Below, one piece after another: positions 13,201 through 24,358 of a stretch of 64,000 bases of DNA (position 1 is its first letter; each line of letters starts with the position of its first letter). The stretch is from an uncultured Planctomycetota bacterium (GTDB lineage Bacteria; Planctomycetota; Planctomycetia; Isosphaerales; Isosphaeraceae). Made by a program: the position numbers and the translations under genes. Location: assembly GCA_963845755.1 (NCBI GenBank), contig CAWJTV010000011.1:1088001-1152000 (forward strand), given 5' to 3'. The notes under the pieces are model-generated. The model saw nothing but the letters and a program-made list of their open reading frames with translations. It had not been told where the DNA came from and searched no databases.

Positions 13201-14137
13201 ATACGTGGAGAGATAGGGCACGCGCGAGATGTCGTCGGTGCGCGCCATCTCGGCGCGGCAGTGGTCGAAGTAGGGGCACCACTCGCATCGATAATAGACG
13301 TGCCACGGAGCAAGATCGGCCGGCCGCTCCAGGAGCGGCTGGACTTCCCGTTCCAGGAAATTCTCGAGCGGCGGGCGGATCGATCGCGTGTCCATCGGCT
13401 GGGGCTGGTCGGCATGGGCCAGCCAGATGGCCGCCGTGTCGTCGACCCGGAGCCGCGGCTCGACCCAGTCGTCCAGGACGTGGCGGAGGATCAGGGTGTA
13501 CAGGGTGGCCTGGATGCGATGCGACAGCTTCAAGCCGGGACTGGCCTTGATGTCGACGACCCGCAGGACCGGGCCGGCCTCCGACTTCTCGCAGACGATC
13601 AGGTCGGGCCGGCAGTCGGTCACCTGGACGATGGCCGGGTCGATCCGGTACCGCGCGTAGAACGACGGGGGCGTGATCAGGGTCGGCTGGTAGATCGACT
13701 GGCCCGGCTCGAGTTTCGCCAGGATCCGTCGCGTCTCCGCGGCACCCCAGACGCGGTCCTTCAACCGGGTCTCCGGCTTCCCCTCGGCGATGAACACCCG
13801 GCCCTCGAGCCGGTTCGCCACGACGTCTTCCTCCCAGGTGTATCCCCCTTCCAGGATCGCCGTGGTCACGGGGCTGTGGTCGTAGGGCGGCTCCGGGACC
13901 CCCTCGACGGCCAGTTGCTCCTTGGGCGTGCTGGAATAGCGGAGATACCGCGGGCACTCGTGGAAGAAGTAGCGGGCGATCCGCGACGGGCTGATCAGCT
14001 TCGGGCCCGGCACGCCCGCGATCGGGGCCGGGACCGGCTGGCCGGCAGCCTTCTTGCTCTTTCGCGTCATGCGGCACGGCCGGTTTGGGCTTGATCTCGA
14101 CAGCGGGAGGCCCCACCGGTTTCTTGGCACGAGGCAT
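10218..14137 (-). CDS. Dna2/Upf1-type SF1 helicase fused to an N-terminal Cas4/RecB-like Fe-S nuclease; frameshifts ~12850 and ~10415 (start 14070 or 14137)
   Basis: ECPRY...RPDLIV...VVDIKAS...QATLY...CEWCPYFDHC; WGPPGTGKT, VVVDEGSQ, AGDDKQLPP, ETVDRMQGQE, NRLNVSIT. Confidence 0.85.
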
Positions 14138-14203
14138 CGGGTATTCCTTGAATTTCAGGCTGGGAAGCCTGACCTACTCCTTGCCGGCGTTATACCTGTG
14201 TCT

Positions 14204-15385
14204 TCAGAACTGTGGAGGCAAGAAAGCCAGGATCAGCCTTCGATTGGGAGCATATCCTCGTTCTGTCCTCACCAGCAGCTTCAATTTCAGGAGCGCGTTG
14301 ATGTCACGAGACAAGGTCTTGTCCCCTTTGCCGGCATACGCTTCCGCGACACGAACCGAGGCTCTTGTCAACTGTTTGCGTGGCGTGGGGGTATCGGACA
14401 GATCAAGAAGCAGATGCTTTTGCCGCTTGCAGGCTAGGGTGTCCTTATCCCGAAAGACATCGTGCACATGATTCTCCCATGTGACCCGCCATTGTTGATC
14501 GCGGATGTAATCCAATTGCTCCTTCAATCCATCCACAAATCCCTGGATAGCATAGATCATGAATCGAACTACGCCGTCATTGGCCTTGTGCGACTTGTCG
14601 AGTTCCGCGTAATAGCGAGCGCGGGTCTTGTTGTAATGATTGCTCAGGAGGTGGCAAGCTGGTAGCGGAACTCCGGACTGGGCCAGCAGCAAGAATTCGA
14701 TCAATCGCGCCGTGCGACCATTGCCGTCCCCAAAGGGGTGTATCCATGCGATATAGAGATGTGCAAGCATTGTCTTTATGATAGCATAGGCAAATTTCAG
14801 CTCGTGGCTGGGAGGGTCGAATTCGTTGTTCAGCCAATCGCATAAGCGTTCGATGAGATGGGGGCAATCTTGCCAGGGTGCGCCGCGATAGGATGCAACG
14901 CCGACCGATTGCACGCGAAATTCGCCGGGCTTCACATGGTCTTCGACTTCCAGCCCCCGCAACACCAGTCGATTGAATCGGCAGATCAACTCCGGAGTGA
15001 GCTTCGACTTGGGGTCCCGGATCAGCTCGCTCGTGATCGAATTGCAAGCATCAACGACGTTTTGGACCTCGATCGCAAGATACTCCTGGGATTTCGGCAG
15101 CTTGAGTTCTCCCCGGATTTGCTGCTCGACCTGTTCCTCGGAGAGCGTGTTGCCTTCGATGCTCGTTGTGGCGTAAACGCCCTTAGTTAAGTAGAGCACG
15201 TAAAGCCTGGCAGCCACATCCGGCTTGAGTGGGACGCCCGCAATGTGCTGGCACTCGGATTGGGCTTCTCCCAGCATCATCCACAGACCATACGGCGCGT
15301 CTGTCAGGGAGCACTGAAAATTGATCCAGGAATGTGTCTCCTGATATGTCCCTCTAGACAGATAACATAAATTGTGTCTTGACAT
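14204..15385 (-). CDS. Fic family protein with probable C-terminal wHTH
   Basis: HPFGDGNGRTAR Fic motif, TSIEGN inhibitory-helix-like motif, C-terminal KTLSRDINALLK. Confidence 0.92.
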   Translation of the reverse strand: MSRHNLCYLSRGTYQETHSWINFQCSLTDAPYGLWMMLGEAQSECQHIAGVPLKPDVAARLYVLYLTKGVYATTSIEGNTLSEEQVEQQIRGELKLPKSQEYLAIEVQNVVDACNSITSELIRDPKSKLTPELICRFNRLVLRGLEVEDHVKPGEFRVQSVGVASYRGAPWQDCPHLIERLCDWLNNEFDPPSHELKFAYAIIKTMLAHLYIAWIHPFGDGNGRTARLIEFLLLAQSGVPLPACHLLSNHYNKTRARYYAELDKSHKANDGVVRFMIYAIQGFVDGLKEQLDYIRDQQWRVTWENHVHDVFRDKDTLACKRQKHLLLDLSDTPTPRKQLTRASVRVAEAYAGKGDKTLSRDINALLKLKLLVRTERGYAPNRRLILAFLPPQF

Positions 15386-15436
15386 AGTATTACGGAAAAT
15401 CAATCGAGGCCCTTGTCCAATCTCGTGTCCTCTCTC

Positions 15437-15468
15437 ATTGTCCTACGTTTTTTCCCGTTGTCAACGGG
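15437..15468 (-). promoter_or_regulatory. Putative sigma70 promoter of the fic gene, with a palindrome over the -35
   Basis: Minus-strand TTGACA (15464-15459)-N16-GACAAT; perfect 7-1-7 palindrome CCCGTTG-T-CAACGGG at 15454-15468. Confidence 0.45.
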
Positions 15469-15533
15469 TCGCATGCCGGTAATTCGCTCGTGTCCAGTAA
15501 GCAAATGCATCGATCGTCACTGACCACCTGCAA

Positions 15534-17330
15534 CTACTTCCCCCCGACGACGGTGAACTCCGCCGAGGAGTCGCTGGGCTTGTCAACCTCGATCCGGACC
15601 TCGGGCGACTGGCGTTGGGGCATCTCGATGCGGAGGGTCACGGTATGGCGGCCCGGAGTGACGGCCGTGGTGAATTCTCGGGTCCCGGCCGGAGCGGGGA
15701 TGTCGTCGACCCAGAAGCGCATCCCCACGGGGGATAGCGGGCGGATCCGGATCGTGCCTTCGGCCGAGACATTCAGCTCGCCCTGGAGGTAGAGCACGGG
15801 GCTGTGGCTGATGGCGGACGCGTCCTCCAGCGGGAGGGCACCGGCGACCTTGGCATAGACCGTGGTCCAGCGGTCGGGGGGCGCGGTGAGTACCTGGGCG
15901 TGGAGCACCTGCGGCATCGGGATGGCCTCGGCCAGTGCGGGGGGGACCTGCTTGAGGACGCGCCAGGCGCTGGATCGTGGGGATCGTCCGGATGGCATAA
16001 GGACCGGGCCGGCCCAGCTCCGAGAGGAACCGGACGAGGTCGAGGAACTCGGATCGGGTCATCAGGTTGACCAATCCCTTGGGCATCAGGGAGCCGCCGG
16101 CCTTCTGATCCTCGATGGCGGAGACGGGGACGACCCGCAGGGCGCCCGTGGCCTCCTTGAGCACGATCCGCTGGTTGTCCTTGTCGGTGACGATCCCCTG
16201 GTAGACCTGGCCGTCGGTGGTGAGCACGGCGAGGGTGTGGTATTGCTCCTTGATGGACTGGTCGGGGACGAGGATCGCGTTGATGATATAGTCGGGCGGG
16301 GAGCTCAGGCCGATCGAGCTGAGGTCCGGCCCGACGTCGCCGCCGGCCTTGCTCACCGCGTGGCAGGTCATGCAGTTCAGGTCGTTGCGGCGGAAGACCT
16401 GCTCGCCGCGCGCCGGATCGCCCTTGGCGGCGACCTCGGCGACCAGGGCGGCCAGCTCGGCCGGGGTCGGCGGCTTGATCTCGGTCGCGATGCCCGCCGC
16501 GTGGCCGAGCGACTCGGACAGCGCGGAATCACTCAGGCCGAGGGAATACATGCGCGCAGGGCCATCTTGGCGGCATCGCTGGAGATGTGCTGCCGATCGA
16601 TCGCCGCGGCGAGGACGGCGCCGCCACCCTGCCGGTTGAGGAACGCCGCGATCAGGGGCTTGAGGTCGACCCGCTCGGCGACCGCTTGCGGGATCAGCTC
16701 GGCGGCGCGGGCGGCGGCGGCGTTGACGTCCAGCCGGGCCAGCGCCGCGACCGCCAGCACGCGGACGGGCGCCGATGAGCCCGTCCCGGCCAACTCTTCG
16801 ATCCGCGACCGGCCCGCCTGGCCGCCGATCGTCGCCAGGGCCTCGATCGCGGCGGCGCGCAGCTCCTCCTCGGCCGTCGCCGACCGGACGATCTCCCGCA
16901 GGGCATTCACCGCCGACTCGAGCTTCCAGAGGCCCGCGAGCCGGACCGACGATTTCGCCAGGGCCGTCGCCCAGGTTGCCGATCCCCCCGATAAGATCGA
17001 GACCAGCTCGTCGCGACCCCGGCCCGGCTTCATGTCCCGGGTGAGCGCGGCCTCGGCCAGCGCATCCAGCGCCTTGACGCGAATCTCCGGGGCGAAGCCC
17101 CCCCTCATGACCTGGCTATAGATGTAATCCAGGTCGCCCACGGTCCCGCGCTTGCCGATCATCTCGATCACGGTCCCCTGGCGCGCCTCGGGGACGCGGC
17201 CGCTCGCCAGGAGCCTGGCCAGCGGGCCGCCCGAGGTCTGGGCATCTTGCGCGGCCCGCGCCGGGGAGACCGTCAGCAACCCGGCGGCGATCGCCGCGAG
17301 CGAAACAACCCATTTTATAAAGTCAATCAT
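15534..17330 (-). CDS. PVC-type HEAT-repeat / cytochrome c heme-binding protein; 2 frameshifts
   Basis: Signal peptide, HEAT-like repeats, GDPARGEQVF...CMTCH...VGPDLS, SLMPKGL. Confidence 0.85.
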
Positions 17331-17334
17331 GGAT

Positions 17335-19984
17335 TTACTTATTCTGAGATTGGCTCTTGATCCGCTGATCGAGGGTCTTGGTGGTCTCGTTGAGGGTGTA
17401 TTCGAGGTAGTCGTCCTGGGGCTGGACGAGGGATTCCAGGGCGATCTCCTGGGCCTTGGCAGCCTGGCCGCCGTCGAAGAAGCTCAGGGCGCGGACGGCC
17501 TCGAGCCGGACGCGGGGATGGTCGTCGTTGACCTGCTTGCGGAGCAGCTCCAGGGACTCGTCGACGCGGTCGCGCCAGTAGCAGAGGACGCGGGTGGCCG
17601 CGGCGCGGGCCTTGGGCTCGGGGCAGCTCAGAATCTGCTTGAGCAGCGGGACGTCGATCTCGTCGAGGCTCTGGTGCAACCAGAGGGCCTCGAGCATGTG
17701 CCGCCAGTAATCGGCGTCGCCGGTATCCAGGCCGGTCACCCACTTCGCCAGGGCCGAGAGGACGTCCTGGTCGGGCCGCTCGCGGAGCTCGCGGCGCGCC
17801 CGGTAGCGGGCCCGGTCCTCGTACGCCTTGAGCAGGTCGAGCAGCTCGGGGACCGTGGCGCCGGCGATCTTGGGCCGATCGACCAGCGGCCGGCGCGGAT
17901 AGGTGATCCGCCAGATCCGCCCGTGCGTGTGGTCGCGGTTCGGGTCGCGGAGCGAGTGCTGCATATGGCCGATCAGCGGGTTGAACCAGTCGACGACGTA
18001 GAGCGCCCCATCCGGGCCGAATTGCAGCGCGATCGGGCGGAAGTTCGGATCCGACGATCGTAAGAGCGGCTCGACGGCCGCACCCGCGAAGCCCGAGCCG
18101 TCCTCCTTCACGCGATACCGGAGGATGCCCTGGAAGCCGATGTCGTTGTTCAGGAGATAGTCCCCCTGGGTCTCGTGGGGGAAGTGCCGGCTGTAGACCA
18201 GCTCGCAGCCGCAGGTGGGCCGCCACTGCATCGGGAAGAACTGTTTCATCCCGCCGTGCTTCTGCGGATAGACGACCTGGCCCGAGAACGCGGTGCCGTA
18301 ATAGTTCGCCCCGCCGGAGGCATCGGCGACGAAGTTCTGGCCCCAGGCGTCGACGTAATGGCCCCAGGGGTTGGCGAACCCGTACGAGACGAAGATGTCG
18401 AACTTCTTCGTCCGGGGCTCCCAGCGGAAGATCCCCGCCTCCTTGACGCGCTGGGGTCCGTATGGCGTCTCGACCTGGCTGTGATGGAACGTCCCCTCCT
18501 GCCAGTACAGGGCCCCGCCGGGGTCCCACGTGTAGGCGTGCATCGCGTGGTGGCTATCGGCGGTGTCGAAGCCGTGCATGATCAGCTCGCGGGTATCGGC
18601 GCGATCGTCGCCGTCGGTGTCCTTGAGGAACATGAGGTTCGGCATCTGGGAGAGGTAGACGCCGCCGTCGCCGAGCTCGATGCCGGTGGGCACGTGCAGC
18701 CCGTCGGCGAAGACCGTGCATTTGTCGGCCTTGCCATCGCCGTTGGCGTCGTCGAAGATCAGGACCTTGTCGTTCGGCTTCCGGCCGGGCAGGTACATCG
18801 GATACGACGGCATCACCGTGACCCAGAGCCGGCCCTTGGCGTCGAAGGTCATCGCCACGGGATCCTCCAGCGCGGGGAACTCGACCTCGGAGGCGAACAG
18901 GTTGATGGCGTAGCCCTCGGGCAGCGTGAAGGTCTTGATCTCCTCCTCGGGTGTGGTGATGTGGATCCGGCCGTGGAAGTTGGTCTCGACCTGGGCGAAC
19001 GCGCCGGTGTTGCTGTCGTCGATCGTCGCGGGGACGCTCTGACCCCGGGCGATCTCCCAGATCCGGCGCTCGCGGTCCTGGATCATCTTGCGGAGCTTGG
19101 CGAACTCGGCCGGGAAGTTGACGATGCCGAACGGGGCCTTCCGGCCACCGTAGATATAACAGCCGTTGACCGCGCGATAGTCGTAGAAGAACTGGAGGTT
19201 CTTCTCCTGAACGGCGTCGAAGAGGGCCTTCTGGTTGACCTTCTTCGCGATCGGCCTCGGGCCGAAGAGGGCCTCGTCGAGGACCGGAGCCAGCGCCCGG
19301 TAACCCGCGTCGCTGAGGTGGACTCCGTTGATCGTCAAGGGGTGGCTGGCGGCCTGGTAGAGCTTCTGGGACGGCCGGAACAGGTCGACGAAGACGACGT
19401 TGATGCTTCCGGGCCACCTCGCCCATGGCGTCGGTGTAGAGCTTGATGTTCTCGTTGTTCTTCTTGCCGTCGGTGATGTGCGGGTTCTTGAGGTCTTCCT
19501 GGGCGATCGGGGAGAGCAGCACGAGGTGCGGGGCTTCCTTGCCATTGTACTTGGTGGTCGTGGACTCCTGGATGAACCGCTCGAGGTCGCGTCGAAATCG
19601 GGGCAGTCCGGCGGGCCCGGCGAACGACTCGTTGACCCCGAAGACGGCCAGGAGCACGTCGGGCTTCTCGTCCTTGAGGGTGTGGCCGTGGTCGTTGAAA
19701 TGGGCCTGGCGCGGGCGGAGGGTCAGCTCGTCGGCCGAGTATCCCAGGTTGTGGACGACCAGCTCGAGCTGGGGGAACCGGCTATGCAAGAGGGTCTCGA
19801 AGTGGCCGTAATACTGCATCCGCTCGGCCAAGGTGTTACCGATGATGATGATCCGATCGCCCTTGCGCAGCTCCAGGCGCAGCGGATCGGCCGCGACGGC
19901 GGTCCGACCGACGCAGAAGACCACGATCATGCCGGCGGCGGACAGCCAGGTCCCGAACCGTCGTCTCACTCGACTGGTCATCAC
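17335..19984 (-). CDS. PVC-type SGNH/GDSL + glucose/sorbosone dehydrogenase-like beta-propeller + HEAT protein; frameshift ~19400
   Basis: IIIGNTLAER, DGVH-like NGVHLS, LFASE...FDAKGRLWV, FGPDGALYVVDW, HGRIWRI. Confidence 0.85.
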
Positions 19985-20348
19985 GGTTTGTGCCTCAGGG
20001 AGGGAGGAATTTCCATCACGGTCGTTGCCGATCCTGCATCAGGGGGCCGCCCCCTTCAGACCAGGAGCCGTACCCCGCGATGCGGGCCGTTCCAGGCCGG
20101 GGATGAACAAGCGGGCTTCAAGGCGGGCCGGTGCCGGGCAGAGAGCACGATGTCACCGTTTCATTAGGTGTACCGCAGCCGCGACGCGCTGTCAAAGGGG
20201 GCGCCAGCCGAGTTGCGAGTGTCGCGCATCGCAGCCGATGCGGCGGCGGTTCGGCCGATCTTTGTACTGGCATGGTGGTTGCTTCAATGTGGCATGACCG
20301 GTCAACCGTAAAGACCACGCGCCCCGAGCCGCTCCGGAGGATGGACCG

Positions 20349-20624
20349 ATGGTCAGGAGTTCGAAAGCCCCGGTGAATCCACGTTGGGTTGCCGGAGTCA
20401 AGACGGTCTCGACGTTCCCTCCCGAAGGGACCTTCACCAAGGACGCCGAGACCATCGCCGAGATCATGGCTCGAAAGGAGGTGAGTCCCAAGGGGATCGG
20501 GTCCGGGATCCGGATGATCCAGTACTTCATCAACCGCGCGGGCAAGAACCTGTCGCCCGAACGGAAGCACGAGTTGGAGAAAGCGAAGAAGATCCTCCAG
20601 GCCCAGGCGCGGGGAGAAGAATAG
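20349..20624 (+). CDS. DUF3175-like small protein
   Basis: FPPEGTFTK...MIQYFINRAGKNL...ELEKAK. Confidence 0.75.
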   Translation: MVRSSKAPVNPRWVAGVKTVSTFPPEGTFTKDAETIAEIMARKEVSPKGIGSGIRMIQYFINRAGKNLSPERKHELEKAKKILQAQARGEE

Positions 20625-21187
20625 GATGTGGCGTTCTCACGGAACACCAACCACCCCGCGGTCGGACGGACCGACTGAAGACGGAAATCGGAAGGTCGCG
20701 TCGGACCACTTGCGATCGAGCCCTCAGCCTTTGAAGAACGGGCTTCGCCCATCGCGAATCGTGGCACAATGTGACACTCTATGATAACAAATCGGCGAGG
20801 CGCGCGAGCGTATCCCCTGGTGTGAAGCGAACTTGGGGAAAAACGCGAAAGGAGTTGGATCAATCCCATTGCGAGTGGTTCGGACCTCTGCGTCGCAGCC
20901 TGTGGCCGCTTCGGGAACGGGCGCACGCGACCGCTCTATTCTTAGTATGCCGCAACTTGGAAATTTCGTTAATGCACCTATGAGCGAAACCGGGCCGCCG
21001 GTCTCCCGAACTTTCGACCACAGCGGCAGATACAAAAATCTCAAAAAGAAAAAGCGCGGTGGATTCGTCGCGGTCCCGAGACCCATGAGAACTGGCAGAA
21101 TCGGCAAAATTCGCCTCGCCGGTCCAGTTTGCGTGGATCGTTGATGGCCCGGGAGCCGGACTCGGAGGTTACTGGACCGAATGGGCT

Positions 21188-21380
21188 GTGAGGTTTTCGG
21201 TCTCGACCGCCGGGGTGGACGATGACAGCGTTGATCTGACTCTGGCTGGCCGGGTCGTCGAGGGTGTTCCATCTCGTCCCAAGATCGACGTGCAGCTCAA
21301 GTGTACTTCAGAGGATGTGCTCCGAGAGCGGGAGGTGGTTTACCCACTGAAGAGGAAGAATAATAATGAACTAACGATCA
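21188..21380 (+). pseudogene. DUF4365-like fragment, copy 1
   Basis: VDDDSVDLTLAG...PKIDVQLKCTS...YPLKRKNNNEL; N- and C-termini missing. Confidence 0.65.
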
Positions 21381-21593
21381 CTATTCGACGACCTGATCGG
21401 CAAGATTGTCATCCGCACGACCGTTGGCGGCCGGTCGGCGCGCGTCAAGGTCGTTCTCGGCCGCGACGACTATCGACGCGCGTGCGATGCCCACCGGGAT
21501 GAAAAGCGTGTCGCCGTCACCGGGATCATCCATCACGACATCAAGATCCGGGTCTACGACCTCTCGGAAGCTGAGGACTTTCAGGTTCTCCAT
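21381..21593 (-). pseudogene. Possible PIN-domain C-terminal remnant
   Basis: DDPGDGDTLFIPVGIARASIVVAAENDL loosely resembles the PIN DPxDxxxxxxAxxxxAxxIVxxDxxL tail. Confidence 0.3.
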
Positions 21594-22203
21594 GACGAGT
21601 AGCGCGGTACCGACAGCGTGTCGACGCAGAGGGTCGCCGAGGAAGTCGATTGAGAGTGAGCGCCGGGTGGAACGTTACCCTCCGATCGTGCGACCGGACA
21701 CGACCGGTCGAACGAACCTCGACAGGTCTGACCGCTCGAGCGCTCCGGGAAAAAAGATGAAGGGATCCCTCGACTTTTTCCGCGGGACTTTCTGGAGGGG
21801 CAAGGACCAGTGGCCCTGGCGAAGCAACCTGGCGGGGCGAATGCCCCTCTGCCGCGAGGCGAAAGGAGGCGTGCCATGGTCGATCTCGTACAATGGTCCT
21901 TCGCGATTGCACTTACCCCGATGGCCCTGGGCCTGGCGTGTCGGCTGATCTCCGGGATCGGCAATTCTTCGGGACGGGGATGAACTCCAACGGGAGAGGC
22001 CGCACCTGGCTCAACGACCGGAGTGCCCGCGAAGGGTCGAGTGCGGAACACGCGGCCCTTCGCCGAGCTCCGACTCACAGCCCCGCACCGACTCGAGACC
22101 GAGAACGCCGTGAACAGATGATGAAGACAATTTTATGTCCGGGTCCGGTGGCTCTCACTTCACGGCCTGGAATGACCCGTAACGCACTTACAGGAGCACA
22201 CCA

Positions 22204-22635
22204 ATGGTTTCTCTCCTACAGCGCGGTGGCAAACTCCCCTTGACGGCATTTGCCCTGGCATTGGTGATCTGGATCTTCTCCAGTTCATCGGTCATGGCCC
22301 AAGGCGGGCATGGTGGTGGCGGCGGCTTCGGTGGCATGGGACACATGGGCGGCATGGGACACATGGGTGGAATTCGCCATCCCGGCTCCGGGGGTCTCGG
22401 CGGAAATGGCTTCTACCCGGGGTTCTATGGCGTGGGCTATGGCGGCTACGGCGTGGGCTATGGCGGCATTGGCGTGGGCTATGGCGGCTACGGCTACGGC
22501 TACGGTTATCCGTACTATGGGGGCTATGGGACGGGCTATGGCCTTCCCTTCTACGGCTATGGCAATGGTTACGGCTATGGCTCGACTTACTACGACACCA
22601 GCTTCCTGGCACCGGCCCTGGGCTTCGGCTATTAA
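22204..22635 (+). CDS. Secreted Gly/Tyr-rich low-complexity protein
   Basis: AGGAG RBS, signal peptide ending VMA-Q, GGMGHM repeats then GY repeats. Confidence 0.75.
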   Translation: MVSLLQRGGKLPLTAFALALVIWIFSSSSVMAQGGHGGGGGFGGMGHMGGMGHMGGIRHPGSGGLGGNGFYPGFYGVGYGGYGVGYGGIGVGYGGYGYGYGYPYYGGYGTGYGLPFYGYGNGYGYGSTYYDTSFLAPALGFGY

Positions 22636-22693
22636 GAAGCGGGCCGGGAACCCGTTCCTGGATTCTTGGCGATCCCGGACGAAGTTGTGGCAA

Positions 22694-22798
22694 GGTCTCC
22701 TGACCGTGCGACTGGGCCGACCGAAGGTTTCCCCTGGCCCATCCCGCCGGGAGACCTTCGGCCCGGCTCACGGCGGGGTCGGGAGACCCGCGCCGAGC
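22694..22798. repeat. REP-like imperfect palindrome; right arm recurs at ~40695-40748
   Basis: GGTCTCCTGACC...CCGAAGGTTTCCC / GGGAGACCTTCGG...GGTCGGGAGACC. Confidence 0.6.
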
Positions 22799-22930
22799 GA
22801 CGATGACAGCGTGGATCTGACCCTTGCCGCCCGGGTCGTCGCGGGCACTCCATCTCGGCCCAAAATCGACGTGCCGCTCAAATGCACCTCGGAGGAGGTG
22901 CTCCAGGAGCGGCGGCCCTGGCTTCCGTAG
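22798..22930 (+). pseudogene. DUF4365-like fragment, copy 2
   Basis: DDDSVDLTLAARVVAGTPSRPKIDVPLKCTSEEVL, homologous to 21188-21380. Confidence 0.6.
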
Positions 22931-23001
22931 ACGCCTGGGTCGCGACAACTTATCCTGGGGAGAAGGCGCTGAGGTGCGGACTCCACCCCAGGAGGCGAGC
23001 C

Positions 23002-23253
23002 AGGAACACCATCGCGTTGAGAACGCGAGCCGGCCCCGACGGCGTGCTGATGCTGAGCGTCCCGGTGGGGATGTCCGGAGCCAACCGGGAGGTCAAGGTC
23101 GTCGTCGAATCCGTCGAGGGTCGTGTCGGAGAGCCCTCAGGGATGACTCAGGAGGAATGGTCACGATTCGTCGCCGCGACGGCCAGTGCGTGGAAGGGTA
23201 AACTGGAGCGGCCCGAGCAAGGGGTATTCGAAGGCCGGGATCAATGGCCTTGA
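23002..23253 (+). CDS. Putative antitoxin upstream of vapC-like gene (expected start codon reads AGG)
   Basis: GGAGG RBS; ...RTRAGPDGVLMLSVP...REVKVVV...ERPEQGVFEGRDQW; overlaps the PIN gene start. Confidence 0.55.
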   Translation, partial: RNTIALRTRAGPDGVLMLSVPVGMSGANREVKVVVESVEGRVGEPSGMTQEEWSRFVAATASAWKGKLERPEQGVFEGRDQWP

Positions 23254-24140
23254 TTGACCTACCCGATACGAATGCCTGGATTGGCTATCTCCGCCGGAAG
23301 GATGTCGCACTACGCTCACTCTCCGGCCAGCCGCAATACGGTGCGGTAAACGCGGTCTGTCAGATACAACCCGGCTTGACACACGGCGTCAAGGGTCGGT
23401 CGAACGGCCGCGATGCGACCCTGTTCCTTGGCTCTGAGCAAGATGCCGGCCGTTCCGAGCAAGGGGATGTTTCGCCGGATGGCTTCTGTGCGGGCCGCGC
23501 GGTCGTCCAGCACGACGATGGCTCCGGGATTCTCGATGGCCAGCGATAGCCCGGCGAGCTCACCGGCGTCGAGCCGGTTCGGGTCCAGTCCGGGAGCAAT
23601 CCGCGAGACCGGCCAATGCGCCGCCAGGCTTCTTCGAGCAGACGGAGGGCTCGCAGGTTCGGGTCGAACCGCTTCGTCGCCGCGACCAGGGGCAGTTGGA
23701 GAAACGACTCGATCTTGAATGATCGATCTCCTCGATACCAACGCGTGCATCGAATGACCTGCGCCAGCGTAACTCGGCCGTGATCGCTCGGATCGCCGCA
23801 ACGCCCGCGAGCGATATCTGTCTCATGCTCCGTCGTGAAGGCTGAGCTCGTGACCACGGTGCCCATTGCAGTCAGCAGACCCAGGAGTCATCTCATCAAG
23901 AGATCGAGAACTTCGTGCGACCGTTCATCAGTCTTTCCTTCGATGACGGCGCCGCTGACACGAGTATGGCGCGAATCGCTCGCCTCGCCGATGCTCGTAG
24001 TCACGCGGGCATCGCCATCGGGCCTTACGGACCTCCAGGTCGCGGCCATCGTCCTGGTTCATGGCCTGACGCTCGTGACCCACAACGTCATGGAGTTCAG
24101 CCGGGTGACCGGCCTTGAAATGGGAAGACTGGCAGGTGAC
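23244..24140 (+). pseudogene. VapC-type PIN toxin, disrupted and garbled
   Basis: N-terminus LPDTNAWIGYL; later SVVKAEL, SLSFDD, DLQVAAIVLVHGLTLVTHNVMEFSRV; middle replaced by reverse DUF3368 sequence. Confidence 0.7.
23316..23613 (-). repeat. Near-identical copy of the 3' ~300 bp of the DUF3368 gene (31121-31418)
   Basis: Direct comparison, TCACTCTCCGGCCAGCCGCAATAC...GCAATCCGCGAGACCGG at both sites. Confidence 0.9.
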
Positions 24141-24358
24141 GCCGTAAGGCCACCGTTGAGACCCGCCTTCATTGATCCGCGAGTGGTACTCGAACTCGAC
24201 GGCCTGCGATAAACCGCTGGGTGGAGTTCGATTCGCTCATGCCTGATGCCGATGGAATGCCGGGCGAGTCGGATCCATGACTCACCCGGATGCATGGTCA
24301 ACGCTGTTCCGTTATGATGAGACCGGCCTCATCATGAACGCGGAGGGCGACGTCGGCC

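Noticed and set aside
20630..21180. Short ORFs or structured RNA at the island's left edge
   Set aside because: No protein motifs, tRNA or att-like repeat could be identified
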